NCBI GenBank assembly: GCA_963789065.1
Contig: CAWBKA010000020.1
Coordinates: 4,192-68,191, forward strand
Reading direction: 5' to 3'
From: an uncultured Verrucomicrobiae bacterium
GTDB taxonomy: Bacteria > Verrucomicrobiota > Verrucomicrobiia > Chthoniobacterales > JAFAMB01
DNA length: 64,000 bases
The translations under genes were made by a program, and so were the position numbers. Position 1 is the first letter of the stretch. Each line of letters begins with the position of its first letter. Below the pieces are notes generated by a model. That model was not told the DNA's origin and did no database searches. It worked only from the letters and a program-made list of their open reading frames with translations. This document shows positions 28,428-38,516 of this stretch, piece by piece.

Positions 28428-29618
28428 TTGCCAAAAGGCGACGCACTAGAGTTCGGCCCATCGGTGGCGGCAACGTGTCAATCACGTGTTGGGATATTTT
28501 GTCCCACATTTCTGAAACCAGAAATGCTTCATGTGTATCGCCAGGTGGTGGGACTCAGGGCGGTCACACCCATCCTGCTGACGTTCAAGCGCGAGAGTTC
28601 GGAGCTCTTCCCATTTGAAGCCGTCCGATTCGTTCGCCGCTCCCATCTTCGCTGGCTGCGCCGAATCTGGAGTGTGCAGATTAGAAAGGTTCCGCCGCAA
28701 GCGTATCCAGATGAAGTCAAATCCATTCGCGCGCTGTTAGCCGCAGACGACTGTAAACTGCTGCACATTTACTTTGGTAACAACGGATTGTTCTGGCTGC
28801 CGCTCCTGCGCCATTGCCCCGTTCCCACGGTGGTCTCCTTCCATGGAGCAGATGTCCGAGTCAATGTCGGTTCACCGACTGCCCGACGCCTGTTTCTGGA
28901 TCTTTTCGCCTCCTGCACTCTCGTCCTCGCGCGGTCCGAATCACTCGCTTCTTCGCTTTTAGACCTTGGATGTCCTCCAACTAAGCTTCGGATCCAGCGC
29001 ACTGGAATTCCTCTGGATACATTCTGCTTTATACCTCGCCGGAAACCGCCAGACGACGCGTGGCGACTTCTTCAGGCCTGCCGCCTGATCGCCAAGAAAG
29101 GGCTTGAATTGACAATTCAAGCCTTCGCCAAATTCTCGAAAGGACACCCAAATGCTACCCTGACAATTGCCGGCGACGGGCCTCTGCGCGGTGTCCTGGA
29201 GGGTTTGGCAGCGAGGCTGCGGTTAGATGGGAGAATCTATTTTGCGGGTTTCGTCAGCCCATCTGCCCTCTTGGATCTTTACCGGGCGAGTCATCTCTTT
29301 CTTCATCCCAGCGAGCAGACACCTGATGGCGATCGAGAGGGCATCCCAAACAGCCTGTTGGAAGCAATGGCGACAGGGCTCCCCTGCATCACGACGCGCC
29401 ATGGGGGGATCCCTGAAGCCGTCACTCATTTGGAATCCGGAATTCTGGTGCCAGAATCGGATTCTGAAGGAATCGGAGATTGGTTGGAGCGTTTGGCTGG
29501 TGACGATGCGTTGCGAGATTGCTTGGGAGCAGGAGCGGCGCGGACGATCGCTGAGAAATTCGATCTGGTGACCCAAATCGAGAAGCTTGAAGCAATTTAT
29601 CTGAGCGCTGCGGGGTGA
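28428..29618 (+). CDS. family-4 (GT-B) glycosyltransferase; the true start is probably internal (GTG near 28464 or ATG 28524)
   Basis: ..TVVSFHGADV..LLQACRLIAKKGLELTIQAF..LTIAGDGPLR..FLHPSEQTPDGDREGIPNSLLEAMATGLPCITTRHGGIPE.. carries the E-x7-E type GT4 signature. Confidence 0.8.
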   Translation: MPKGDALEFGPSVAATCQSRVGIFCPTFLKPEMLHVYRQVVGLRAVTPILLTFKRESSELFPFEAVRFVRRSHLRWLRRIWSVQIRKVPPQAYPDEVKSIRALLAADDCKLLHIYFGNNGLFWLPLLRHCPVPTVVSFHGADVRVNVGSPTARRLFLDLFASCTLVLARSESLASSLLDLGCPPTKLRIQRTGIPLDTFCFIPRRKPPDDAWRLLQACRLIAKKGLELTIQAFAKFSKGHPNATLTIAGDGPLRGVLEGLAARLRLDGRIYFAGFVSPSALLDLYRASHLFLHPSEQTPDGDREGIPNSLLEAMATGLPCITTRHGGIPEAVTHLESGILVPESDSEGIGDWLERLAGDDALRDCLGAGAARTIAEKFDLVTQIEKLEAIYLSAAG

Positions 29619-29894
29619 GGATGGCGGCGTGTCGGCGTGTCGGCGTGGGAGAAGGCAGCCGCCGGGCCCGACGTTTCAGCCCTGGGCAGTCTTCAATTAA
29701 ATTAAAATTAAACGACTCGCACCGAAGTTGAAGGGGCGTGGTAGGCGTCTCGCCTTACTTACTTACGCCCGAAGGGGCGTTACCCAAAGTTAATTAACTT
29801 AACCCGAGTAAAGTAAAGTAAACCCTGGCCGGTTCAATTTAAACAGCCGCAGGCTAAAAATCCGGCTGAGTTAGGCGGCGTTCGAAATGGCCGA

Positions 29895-30170
29895 ACCGCA
29901 GAGGGGCGCGCGGGAGCGCGTCCCACGCTATGCGTGCAGCCACGTCACACGCTCAAACGCCGACGCGCCGATACGACGGCATCTCCGGAGATCTTCCAGC
30001 CCCCAACAACCTCTGCAGAATCTTTGCTTCCTTTGCTACCTTTTGTTCAAGAAATCCTCTTTGCTTTCTTCTGTGCCACGCCGGACGCGCGGGAGCGCGT
30101 TCCCTACCTCGCCATGCGTGCAGCCACTTCACACGGTCAAAAACACCGTTACGCCGACACGTTTCCCTCT
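29895..30170. repeat. two tandem copies of REP-like family R1
   Basis: gggcgcgcGGGAgcgcgtccc..atgcgtgcagccacgtcacacg..acgccgacgcgccgatacg at 29.90-29.98 kb, and ccacgccggacgcgcGGGAgcgcgttccc..atgcgtgcagccacttcacacg..acgccgacacg at 30.07-30.17 kb. Confidence 0.8.
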
Positions 30171-30930
30171 ACAGCCGCAGCATCTTTCGCCGGTATTCCT
30201 CATCGAGGCGATTCTCGATGCGATCGACCTCCCGCTGTGGCATCGGCACATTCCCGCCTAGCGAATGGCCCCCGACAAAAATTTCCGCGGCTTTCACGGT
30301 CATGGCCATGGCGACGCGGACCCCATCGACTGACTGCCCAATTGTTATCACACCATGGTTCTCGAGCAGGATCACTTTCGGCAGTTTGCCATGCTTCCGT
30401 TCAAAGCCTTGCAGGTCCTGCCGAATTCTTTTGGCCAAGGCGAGCCCTGGATCCTCGTACGGGATCAGCAATGACAGAGGCCCGCAACAAACGACCTCAT
30501 CAGGGAAACGCCTTTCTTCCGCAAACGAGGCACCGAGACTGGAACAAAGGATCTGATTAACAGGAATCGGATGGGTGTGCCCGACATAGTTAACGCCGGG
30601 AAGTGCAAGCAAAGAGGCGTGAAAGAATGTTTCAACCGAGGGTTTCAAGGCGGTTTGTCGAACGCGAGCGCCGCGGAGAAGGTCTTCAACCTCAGCTTCT
30701 GATAGGCTGTCTCGCTCCAAAGCAGGTAGGAGCCTATCGAAGTAACAATGCGTCAGTTCGATCTCTGTCAGCGTCCCCAGGCTGCTCCCACTTGATTTCA
30801 CGGCAAAGACATTCTGATCGATTCGGCCGGAGACGTTTCCCTCTCCTAAAATCGTCCAACCGGCCCGGCCGAACTCCCAAGAGAGTTCGATTAGCCGGGC
30901 ATGGACGAAGACTGCGTCTTGATTTGACAT
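30169..30930 (-). CDS. class II aldolase/adducin-family protein
   Basis: ..GNVSGRI..FAVKSSGSSLG..YVGHTHP..ILLENHGVITIG.. The start is set at the internal ATG, 13 nt after the upstream gene's stop. Confidence 0.75.
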   Translation of the reverse strand: MSNQDAVFVHARLIELSWEFGRAGWTILGEGNVSGRIDQNVFAVKSSGSSLGTLTEIELTHCYFDRLLPALERDSLSEAEVEDLLRGARVRQTALKPSVETFFHASLLALPGVNYVGHTHPIPVNQILCSSLGASFAEERRFPDEVVCCGPLSLLIPYEDPGLALAKRIRQDLQGFERKHGKLPKVILLENHGVITIGQSVDGVRVAMAMTVKAAEIFVGGHSLGGNVPMPQREVDRIENRLDEEYRRKMLRL

Positions 30931-30943
30931 AACGATGGCAGGT

Positions 30944-32542
30944 CTAGAAATCTCCGCAGAAGTGGACTTTGAGACCGAGTTCATGCATAGCCACCGCTTT
31001 GGTAAACATGGCCAGGCGAGCACCCGCACGGTCAGGGCCATAGGCCACCTGGATATGATTCGATTTGTGTTGAGCCATCATCTGATCGCGAGTAATTCCT
31101 TTCAGAACGGCGTGCATGATCGGCCACTGCGGGGTAGTTAGTTGCCAGCGTTCGCTTGTTTCCTCGTCCGGGAGACGCACCACTTCGGCTAACCCGGTAT
31201 CAAATTGAAGGTCGCCGCCTGAGATGTAAACACGGCTCCAGACGATCCAGCCTGGTTTGCTGATTCCCTTGCAGGTGCCGCCACCCAGCCGAAAATACAT
31301 GGGCGGCTGGCGTTCGCTTGAGGTCCCTTTGAACTCACCGATGAAGTGCGCAGGCGGTGCACCGCCGCTGATCAAAAAGACCCAGACATACTCGTCGATA
31401 TCGGAGTTTTTAAAATGGCGTCCCCATCTAAGGTCGTGCAGCGTCGTCTCGGGAGGGAAACCCAATTCCAGCCATACGCGGTTGGTGATTAGACCATCAA
31501 GTCCAGCACACTCGTCAACTTCATTAAAATGCGGTAACGCTTCTCCGGCAAAAAGTTCCCGACCCGTCGTCTGATGGTAAACCGGAGGCCGGTCAACGTT
31601 GTTCAAGAGTCCCTCCACGAGGTCCGAGGCCGGAGCGAGATCCTTCAGCCCTTGCTGATATTGGATACCGATGGTGGCACAACCAAATTCATCGGCCAAC
31701 CGGATCGCCGCGACGTACATCTTGCACTGTTGAAGTGCCTGGTTCTCTGTCAGATCGGTTTCTTCATTCGGTCCGAACTGGAATTTCACTCCTCGCGAAA
31801 CTAGCCACTCGTAAATTCTGCGTGCTTCTTCTTCCGGCACGGCAAGCATGTGCGCATACAGGGTCGACTGACTCAGTCTCTCCTTGTACACACCGGTCGA
31901 GTGGAGCAACTCGTCGGGAATGATCGCGTTGTACATACCCATGCAACCTTCATCGAAAACCCCCATTATCGCCTTCTCAGAAAGCAACCGGCCGGCAATT
32001 TTTCCTCCGTACTTCCGCGGCGACTCAGGTATTTTGACGTCGTCAAAATTCACTACCTGCGAGGTGTCATGTTTGATTTTCCCCTTTGCGAGCCATTGCC
32101 GAAGATGCTTGGTAAAAAACTTATCCTTAAAATCCTCGCTCCAGAGGCTGCTATACTTCACACCCGCCTTGGTCAGGCTTCCATTCAAATTCAGCAGACC
32201 GACTAAACCCGGCCATGTCCCGCTCCAGTTTGCGGCCGTGAGGATCGGCCCTTGGTGCGAAATCAAACCCCCGAGCAAATGTTGGCTGTACTGCCAAACG
32301 GCCTCTGCCACAACAAGAGGAGCTTCTTGAGGTATTGACTTAAATACACGCAAGCCCATCTTTTGCGAGTCGATGAATCCGTGCCCTTTCGCTTCATCAA
32401 ATGGATGCGCTCGGGTGACGCTAACGCCTTCGCGTTGAATCGCTTCAACCAGAACTTTTTCCATTGCGGCCTGCGCGGCTTCGCATTTTTGGTTGGCTGA
32501 TAGACGAAGATCGCCGTTGGCGACAAGGTAGACTGTATTCAT
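30944..32542 (-). CDS. L-fucose/L-arabinose isomerase-superfamily sugar isomerase
   Basis: A 532-aa intact ORF. The C-terminal ..TTPQWPIMHAVLKGITRDQMMAQHKSNHIQVAYG.. parallels FucI ..TWPTTWFAPRL...VMANWGANHGVLTIGH. Confidence 0.6.
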   Translation of the reverse strand: MNTVYLVANGDLRLSANQKCEAAQAAMEKVLVEAIQREGVSVTRAHPFDEAKGHGFIDSQKMGLRVFKSIPQEAPLVVAEAVWQYSQHLLGGLISHQGPILTAANWSGTWPGLVGLLNLNGSLTKAGVKYSSLWSEDFKDKFFTKHLRQWLAKGKIKHDTSQVVNFDDVKIPESPRKYGGKIAGRLLSEKAIMGVFDEGCMGMYNAIIPDELLHSTGVYKERLSQSTLYAHMLAVPEEEARRIYEWLVSRGVKFQFGPNEETDLTENQALQQCKMYVAAIRLADEFGCATIGIQYQQGLKDLAPASDLVEGLLNNVDRPPVYHQTTGRELFAGEALPHFNEVDECAGLDGLITNRVWLELGFPPETTLHDLRWGRHFKNSDIDEYVWVFLISGGAPPAHFIGEFKGTSSERQPPMYFRLGGGTCKGISKPGWIVWSRVYISGGDLQFDTGLAEVVRLPDEETSERWQLTTPQWPIMHAVLKGITRDQMMAQHKSNHIQVAYGPDRAGARLAMFTKAVAMHELGLKVHFCGDF

Positions 32543-32573
32543 AATTACATTTGCTTCCCAGATCCCCGCGAAT

Positions 32574-33155
32574 CTACCACCAGCGAAGGTGGCTGAGTGC
32601 GGCGTAGACCAACAACAGGGTCACCGTCACGATCAAGAAAAACGTTATGCCGATCAGTATCGAGACAAACAACAAGTCACCTTGAGTAACCTCGCGGGTC
32701 TGGCCGGCGTATCGTTCCAGGATCTTATAATTTCGAATGTTTGGCTTATACCAGAGGACAAAAATATTACCGAAAAACGGCACCATTCCCATGACCCCAT
32801 TGATCAGGATGTTCAACGCCATGCGGACAAGCGCAATTTTCGGAAGTCGATGCCGGACACTCCGATATAAGAGAGCAGCCGACATCAGCGAAGTCGCCTG
32901 GTTGCCCAGGATTGGTATCAGCCCGATGATTGGCTCGAAACCAAAGCGGATACGCGTTCCCGGAATCACAAAAAGGGCATCCAATAGATGGCTGACTAAC
33001 CCGATGAACGGGTCGGGTCCGTTGGACCGCTTCGCTTTCCCCTCAGGCTCAGGGGGCAAAACCTCCACCTCGAGATAGTCCGGCCCTTTTCCAGGTTGGC
33101 TGGTTCTTGGACCGCTTTCCATTATAAGCCTTTCAAAGGGGGGACGCGTCGCCAT
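32574..33155 (-). CDS. DUF4112-family membrane protein
   Basis: ..LLDALFVIPGTRIRFGFEPIIGLIPILGNQATSLMSAALLY..MALNILINGVMGMVPFFGNIFVLWYKPNIRN.. Confidence 0.7.
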   Translation of the reverse strand: MATRPPFERLIMESGPRTSQPGKGPDYLEVEVLPPEPEGKAKRSNGPDPFIGLVSHLLDALFVIPGTRIRFGFEPIIGLIPILGNQATSLMSAALLYRSVRHRLPKIALVRMALNILINGVMGMVPFFGNIFVLWYKPNIRNYKILERYAGQTREVTQGDLLFVSILIGITFFLIVTVTLLLVYAALSHLRWW

Positions 33156-33220
33156 CCTGCCGACTATCCAAAAAGGCACACGCTGAAGCAGGATCCGGTG
33201 CGAACAAAGAACACCCGTCC

Positions 33221-34729
33221 TTATCCCGGAATCTCCCGTAACATCTGAGAATTTGTCGGGAATTTCTTGAGGAAAGACAAAAGTCTTTCGATCGCTTCCG
33301 GCGGCCGGTGCCCGGCCAATCCGCGCCTGATGGTGTTGATTTTCTCCAGATCGTGCACCGGCAGCAATAACTCTTCCCGCCGAGTCCCAGATTTGAAGAT
33401 GTCAATGGCCGGATAAATCCGTTGATCGCTGATTTGCCGATCCAAGACCATTTCCATATTACCGGTGCCTTTGAACTCCTGAAAAATGAGCTCATCCATC
33501 TTGGAGCCGGTCTCGATCAAGGCCGTCGCCATGATGGTGAGCGAACCCGCCTCTTCCGTATTTCGCGCCGCCGCAAACAGCTTGCGTGGAATTTCCATGG
33601 CCCGAGAATCCATACCGCCGCTCATCGTCCTGCCACTGCCGGAGATTGCGTTGTTGAAAGCCCGGCCAACGCGCGTCAACGAATCCAGCAAGACGAACAC
33701 GTCTTTGCCGGCCTCGACCAAACGCTTTGCCCTTTCGATCGCCAGTTGAGCAATCCGGGTATGGCTTTTGATATCGCTGTCATTAGAACTCGCCATGATG
33801 TCGGCCTTCGGCACAGTGCGGCGAATTTCGGTGACTTCCTCGGGGCGTTCGTCGACCAGAAGAATAATCAGCTTCATCTCCGGATGATTCCGGACCACCG
33901 CATCCGCGATATGCTGCAGAAGGGTGGTTTTTCCGGTTCTGGGCGGGGCCACGATCAATCCCCGTTGTCCTTTCCCGATCGGCGTCATCAAATCCATGAC
34001 ACGCGTCGTGTACCTGTCCGGAACGGTCTCCAGGCGAATCCTTTCCAAGGGGTTGATCGAAGTCAGTTCCTCGAAGACAGGCAGGTTCCGGTACTTTTCG
34101 GGATCTTCGGAATTGATCAGAGCCAGTTTGAAAAGCTGCGGGCCTCGACTGCCCCGGCGAATTTCACCCTTGATCCACAGGCCATCACGCAAAGCGTGCT
34201 TTCGAACTACCTCCGGCGTAACAAATATATCCTGAGGGGACTGGGTGTAATTGCGTTTTGGATCTCGCAGAAATCCAAATCCCTTGCCAGAAACCTCGAT
34301 CAACCCTTCACCAAAAATTGATTCATATCTGGGAGGTTCAGCCGCCGGAGAGGTTTCCTGAAAGCGGAGGGATGCCGAAGCAGTCCTGGCGGGCTCTTCC
34401 ACAGCTTCGCTTGTCTCGGCCCGTCGTTCTTCAACAAAACGCTCTCCAGCCTCCTCAGCTCTTTGCCTCGGTGGCGAAGGGTGCCGCGCGCCCAGATCGT
34501 TTTCAGGGGGAAGCACATTCTGGCTCTCCGCCAACGTCGAATGGTTATTCGTCTCGGAGAGGGTTGGCTTTTCTACCTTCACCTGCTTTTTAGGCCTTCT
34601 CGTACTCGTTTTATTTGCTGTTGTCTTTCGCACGACACCAGTGGTTTTCGTTCGCCGAGGTTTTTTGACACCATCCACCTCTTGATTCAGCAAAGCGGGT
34701 TGTTCGTGTGCTTCTGCCATAACTTCCAT
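33221..34729 (-). CDS. rho: transcription termination factor Rho with a long basic N-terminal extension
   Basis: ..GFGFLRDPKRNY..IFVTPEVVRKHALRDG..GQRGLIVAPPRTGKTTLLQ..LLVDERPEEVT..DSLTRVGRAFN.. Confidence 0.95.
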   Translation of the reverse strand: MEVMAEAHEQPALLNQEVDGVKKPRRTKTTGVVRKTTANKTSTRRPKKQVKVEKPTLSETNNHSTLAESQNVLPPENDLGARHPSPPRQRAEEAGERFVEERRAETSEAVEEPARTASASLRFQETSPAAEPPRYESIFGEGLIEVSGKGFGFLRDPKRNYTQSPQDIFVTPEVVRKHALRDGLWIKGEIRRGSRGPQLFKLALINSEDPEKYRNLPVFEELTSINPLERIRLETVPDRYTTRVMDLMTPIGKGQRGLIVAPPRTGKTTLLQHIADAVVRNHPEMKLIILLVDERPEEVTEIRRTVPKADIMASSNDSDIKSHTRIAQLAIERAKRLVEAGKDVFVLLDSLTRVGRAFNNAISGSGRTMSGGMDSRAMEIPRKLFAAARNTEEAGSLTIMATALIETGSKMDELIFQEFKGTGNMEMVLDRQISDQRIYPAIDIFKSGTRREELLLPVHDLEKINTIRRGLAGHRPPEAIERLLSFLKKFPTNSQMLREIPG

Positions 34730-34755
34730 TTTAGAAATATTTCTCCTCCGAACGG

Positions 34756-35508
34756 TTAGCTGGAAAGCTTCGTTATTAGCTCATCGGAGATGTCGAAATT
34801 GCTGTAAACATTCTGCACGTCATCGTTGTCCTCGAGGGCATCGCATAATCTGAGTAATTGCGATGCTAACTCTTCCTTCGCCACTGCGACCATGGTGCTC
34901 GGCAAAAAGGCTAACCTTTGCGATTCGAAATGCATTCCAGCATTTTTGATCGCCTCTCCGACCTGGTACAACTGGTCGTGAGGCGTGGTCACGACATACA
35001 GATCCTCATCGGTGGTTAGATCTTCCGCTCCAGCCTCCAAAGCGGTCTCCATTAACTTGTCTTCATCGACTCCTTTTTTCCCGAGAGCGATTTGACCCTT
35101 TCGCCTAAACATGTACGAGACGGCACCGGATGCAGCCAGGTTTCCGTGGTTCTTGGAAAAAATGCTCCGAATATCCGCAGCGGTCCGATTCCGGTTGTCG
35201 GTCGCAGCCTCGACAATAATCGCAACACCTCCGGGCCCATATCCTTCATACATCAGCTCTTCGACGATACCTCCCTCGATCTCGCCAGTCCCCTTTTTGA
35301 TCGCTCGGTCAATCGTTTCATTCGGCATATTCTGGGCACGCGCTGCGAGGACAGCCGTCCTTAGACGAGGATTTAAATTAAGGTCACCGCCACTCATCCG
35401 GGCCGCAACCATAATCTCCTTTGAGAACCTGCTGAATATCTTCCCGCGCTTTGCATCCAATGCGCCTTTAAAGCGCTTGACCTTCGACCATTTACTATGA
35501 CCCGCCAT
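34756..35508 (-). CDS. yebC: YebC/PmpR-family transcriptional regulator
   Basis: MAGHSKWSKVKRFKGALDAKRGKIFSRFSKEI..NPRLRTAVLAARAQNMPNETIDRAIKKG.. Confidence 0.95.
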   Translation of the reverse strand: MAGHSKWSKVKRFKGALDAKRGKIFSRFSKEIMVAARMSGGDLNLNPRLRTAVLAARAQNMPNETIDRAIKKGTGEIEGGIVEELMYEGYGPGGVAIIVEAATDNRNRTAADIRSIFSKNHGNLAASGAVSYMFRRKGQIALGKKGVDEDKLMETALEAGAEDLTTDEDLYVVTTPHDQLYQVGEAIKNAGMHFESQRLAFLPSTMVAVAKEELASQLLRLCDALEDNDDVQNVYSNFDISDELITKLSS

Positions 35509-35661
35509 ACTTCGGGTAAATACAGAATCAGAAAAAAGGGGTTTTAGTTTTACTAGCGACGCACTTGCGACCGATGAGAAAGACAGAAGACTTCCAAGAG
35601 AGAACCGCCGATTAGCGCATCAACAAGCGATACGCCAAAAAACCGCAGATGGACCGGTTTG

Positions 35662-37539
35662 TCAACTTACTTTGGAAGAAGCACGCTTCCGAACGGTCGA
35701 ATCGAGTATTTTTTTCCGCAACCGAAGCGACTTTGGCGTGGCCTCAACGTACTCATCGCGGCCGATATATTCCAGGGATCGTTCGAGAGTCATGCGGAGC
35801 GGAGTCGCCAATTGCACACCCTTTCCGTCTCCCTGGCTCCGCATGTTGGTGAGATGTTTTGTCTTACAGGGATTTACGTTCAGGTCGTCCGGACGAGAAT
35901 TCTCACCGACTATCATTCCTTCGTAGACATCCTCTTGCGGGCCAATAAAGAGCTTCCCGCGCTCCTGAACGTTATTGAGAGCGTAGGCTGACGAAGTTCC
36001 ACCTTCCATGGCCACCAGCACGCCATTGTCACGATTCGATATTTCACCCTTCAACGGCCCGTATTCCTTGAATAGATGGCTCATTGAACCGAGCCCTCTG
36101 GTGAGGTTAACCAAGTCGCTCTCAAAGCCGATCAACCCACGAGTGGGAATCACCGACTCGACCAACACGGTGTTGATCTGATGGTCCATGCTGACTATTT
36201 CCGCCTTCCGGCCAGCGAGCGATTGGAGGATATCTCCAAGATTTTCATTTGGAACATCGACGTAGAGCGTCTCAAACGGCTCCATGACATTGCCTAGATT
36301 GTCCTTGTGAAAGATCACTTCGGGACGGGACACCAGCAGTTCGAAGCCCTCGCGCCGCATTTGTTCGACGAGAATCGCAATCTGCATCTCTCCCCGAGCG
36401 CTAAGCGTGAATATGCCGGCAGTTTCCGTCTCACTAAATTGCAGCGAAACGTTCGTGCGGCATTCGCGGACCAGTCGCTCTTTGAGATGGCGCGCCGTCA
36501 AAAACTTGCCCTCACGACCGGCCAGCGGAGAGTCGTTCACGAGGAAGTTCATCTGAATTGTCGGCGGATCGATATCAACGAACTCGAGCGCGGATCGCTC
36601 TTCCAGATCGGTCAACGTCTCACCAATGAAGACCTCCTCGAAGCCGGCCAGACCGACAATGTCACCGGACCCGGCGTGTTTGACTTCGATCCGCTCCAGA
36701 CCCTGATGTCCAAACAGGGCTGTCACCGAGCTACGCTCACGCCGGCCGTCTTTGTGAATGCAGACAATTGAATCGCCAACTTTTACGCGTCCGCTGACAA
36801 TGCGACCAAAAGCGAGCCGGCCGAGATAATCTGAATAGTCCAGGTTGGACACCAACATCCGAAAATAGGTTTCGAGCGCTTTCGGTGGAGGGGGAATGTG
36901 CTTGATGATCGCCTCGAATAACGGTTCCATCGTGGTACTCGGCTCATGAATCTCCCTCATCGAGTACCCCTCCTTCGCGCTCGCGTAGATGACAGGAAAA
37001 TCGAGCTGTTCATCGGTGGCATTGAGCTCGACGAAAAGGTCAAACACCATGTCCAAGACCTTGTGGGGACGAGCATTTTCCCGGTCGACCTTATTAATGA
37101 CGACGATCGGGCGGGCGTGGTTCTCTAAAGCCTTGCGAAGGACAAACTTAGTCTGAGCCTGCGGCCCGTCGTGCGAATCGACCACCAGGAGCACGCCATC
37201 CACCATTTTCATGATCCGCTCCACTTCCCCACCGAAGTCGGCGTGGCCGGGAGTATCGATGATGTTGACGTGGTAATCCTTGTATCGGAAAGCGGCGTTC
37301 TTCGCCCTGATGGTGATCCCCTTCTCCTTTTCAAGGTCCATCGAGTCCATCATGCGTTCCTCGACCTTCTGATTAAGCCTGAAAGTACCGGACTGCCGCA
37401 GCAACTGGTCTACGAGAGTCGTCTTCCCATGGTCGACATGGGCGATGATAGCGATGTTGCGAATATGGTCCATAGAAGACGACGGAGAATCGGCAAGATC
37501 ATCGCGCATGATAGGATCGTCAACGAGGTTTGCATTCAA
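35662..37539 (-). CDS. typA: translational GTPase TypA/BipA (the start may be the internal MDHIRNIAII at 37473)
   Basis: ..IRNIAIIAHVDHGKTTLVD..INIIDTPGHADFGGEVER..VVINKVDR.. Confidence 0.95.
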   Translation of the reverse strand: MNANLVDDPIMRDDLADSPSSSMDHIRNIAIIAHVDHGKTTLVDQLLRQSGTFRLNQKVEERMMDSMDLEKEKGITIRAKNAAFRYKDYHVNIIDTPGHADFGGEVERIMKMVDGVLLVVDSHDGPQAQTKFVLRKALENHARPIVVINKVDRENARPHKVLDMVFDLFVELNATDEQLDFPVIYASAKEGYSMREIHEPSTTMEPLFEAIIKHIPPPPKALETYFRMLVSNLDYSDYLGRLAFGRIVSGRVKVGDSIVCIHKDGRRERSSVTALFGHQGLERIEVKHAGSGDIVGLAGFEEVFIGETLTDLEERSALEFVDIDPPTIQMNFLVNDSPLAGREGKFLTARHLKERLVRECRTNVSLQFSETETAGIFTLSARGEMQIAILVEQMRREGFELLVSRPEVIFHKDNLGNVMEPFETLYVDVPNENLGDILQSLAGRKAEIVSMDHQINTVLVESVIPTRGLIGFESDLVNLTRGLGSMSHLFKEYGPLKGEISNRDNGVLVAMEGGTSSAYALNNVQERGKLFIGPQEDVYEGMIVGENSRPDDLNVNPCKTKHLTNMRSQGDGKGVQLATPLRMTLERSLEYIGRDEYVEATPKSLRLRKKILDSTVRKRASSKVS

Positions 37540-37616
37540 TCATCAGTAACCAAGGGGAGTTTGGCCAGATAGCAACTATGGTTTTTAACCGAAGATCGGC
37601 CGAGCCAAAGTGCTTT

Positions 37617-38516
37617 TCAGGTTTTCGCGCTATCCGGCAACCTCTCGAATTGGTTTAAATCCGATGAAAATAGCGCAGCCCGGGGATCTCCGTAGTCCGC
37701 GCCGATATTGATCCCGATCATACCGCCCAGGTTGACCGGACCTGCTCGGCGATGGGTATGCCCACAGACCACACCGACAATCTTGTGCCTGGATTCCCAC
37801 AATGCAGCTCCCATCGACCGGTTTCCGAGATAAGCCCGGAAGAAAGCGTAGACCGATGGGGGTGAGTTTGACGGCAAGTCGCTGGCCATTGGCACCCCAA
37901 GCAACTCTTCGAACGGAGGGGTATGCAGCGCAACGATAACGCGAGAATCAACCGATTGAGAGAGGCGCATTTTGACGCCTTCGACCTGCTGGAGAGCGAC
38001 TTCGCGCAGATGCAGCCCGCTTGGCATGAGTTGGAAGTCGCGCCAGCGCATTGGAGAACCGGTAGAAGGATTCCCGCGGAGATAGTCTTCTTCCGTCACC
38101 CGAACTCCGTCGTAAACAAGATCCGGAACTGCGAAGCCGAGATCATAGTGGCCGTAGCCACCAACGATGGTGAGACTTTGTAGGGAAAGATTTTCTACAT
38201 CCAGGAGAACAACATCGAAAGATTTGGCTGGGGGCACCCAGTAGCGATCGACGACTGCCGAAAGCAAATGACACTCGTTCCGGGCACTGTCGTGCATCCA
38301 GAAGTCGTGATTACCAAGGCAAACAGCCAGCGGACCCTTTGGGAAGCAGCCACGGATGTTCTTGAGGGTCTCATCGGCCTGAGGTGCGCTCGACAGGTCT
38401 CCGGCAACAATGACTGCATCCGGTCGGCAGAGATCGATCCAAGCTCGCAATCTGTCTAAAATCCGGTCCTGGGTCGCCCGAAGCAGGTGGAGATCCGCGG
38501 TAAACAAAATCTTCAC
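37617..38516 (-). CDS. metallophosphoesterase-family protein
   Basis: MKILFTADLHL..VIVAGDLS..CLGNHDFW..VCGHTHR.. It overlaps the upstream gene's stop by 4 nt. Confidence 0.8.
   Translation of the reverse strand: MKILFTADLHLLRATQDRILDRLRAWIDLCRPDAVIVAGDLSSAPQADETLKNIRGCFPKGPLAVCLGNHDFWMHDSARNECHLLSAVVDRYWVPPAKSFDVVLLDVENLSLQSLTIVGGYGHYDLGFAVPDLVYDGVRVTEEDYLRGNPSTGSPMRWRDFQLMPSGLHLREVALQQVEGVKMRLSQSVDSRVIVALHTPPFEELLGVPMASDLPSNSPPSVYAFFRAYLGNRSMGAALWESRHKIVGVVCGHTHRRAGPVNLGGMIGINIGADYGDPRAALFSSDLNQFERLPDSAKT

Noticed and set aside
29874-29899. tRNA or tRNA fragment, because of GGCGTTCGAAATGGCC (a T-loop-like GTTCGAA).
   Set aside because: No acceptor, D or anticodon arms can be drawn around it. 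It sits at the edge of an R1 repeat.
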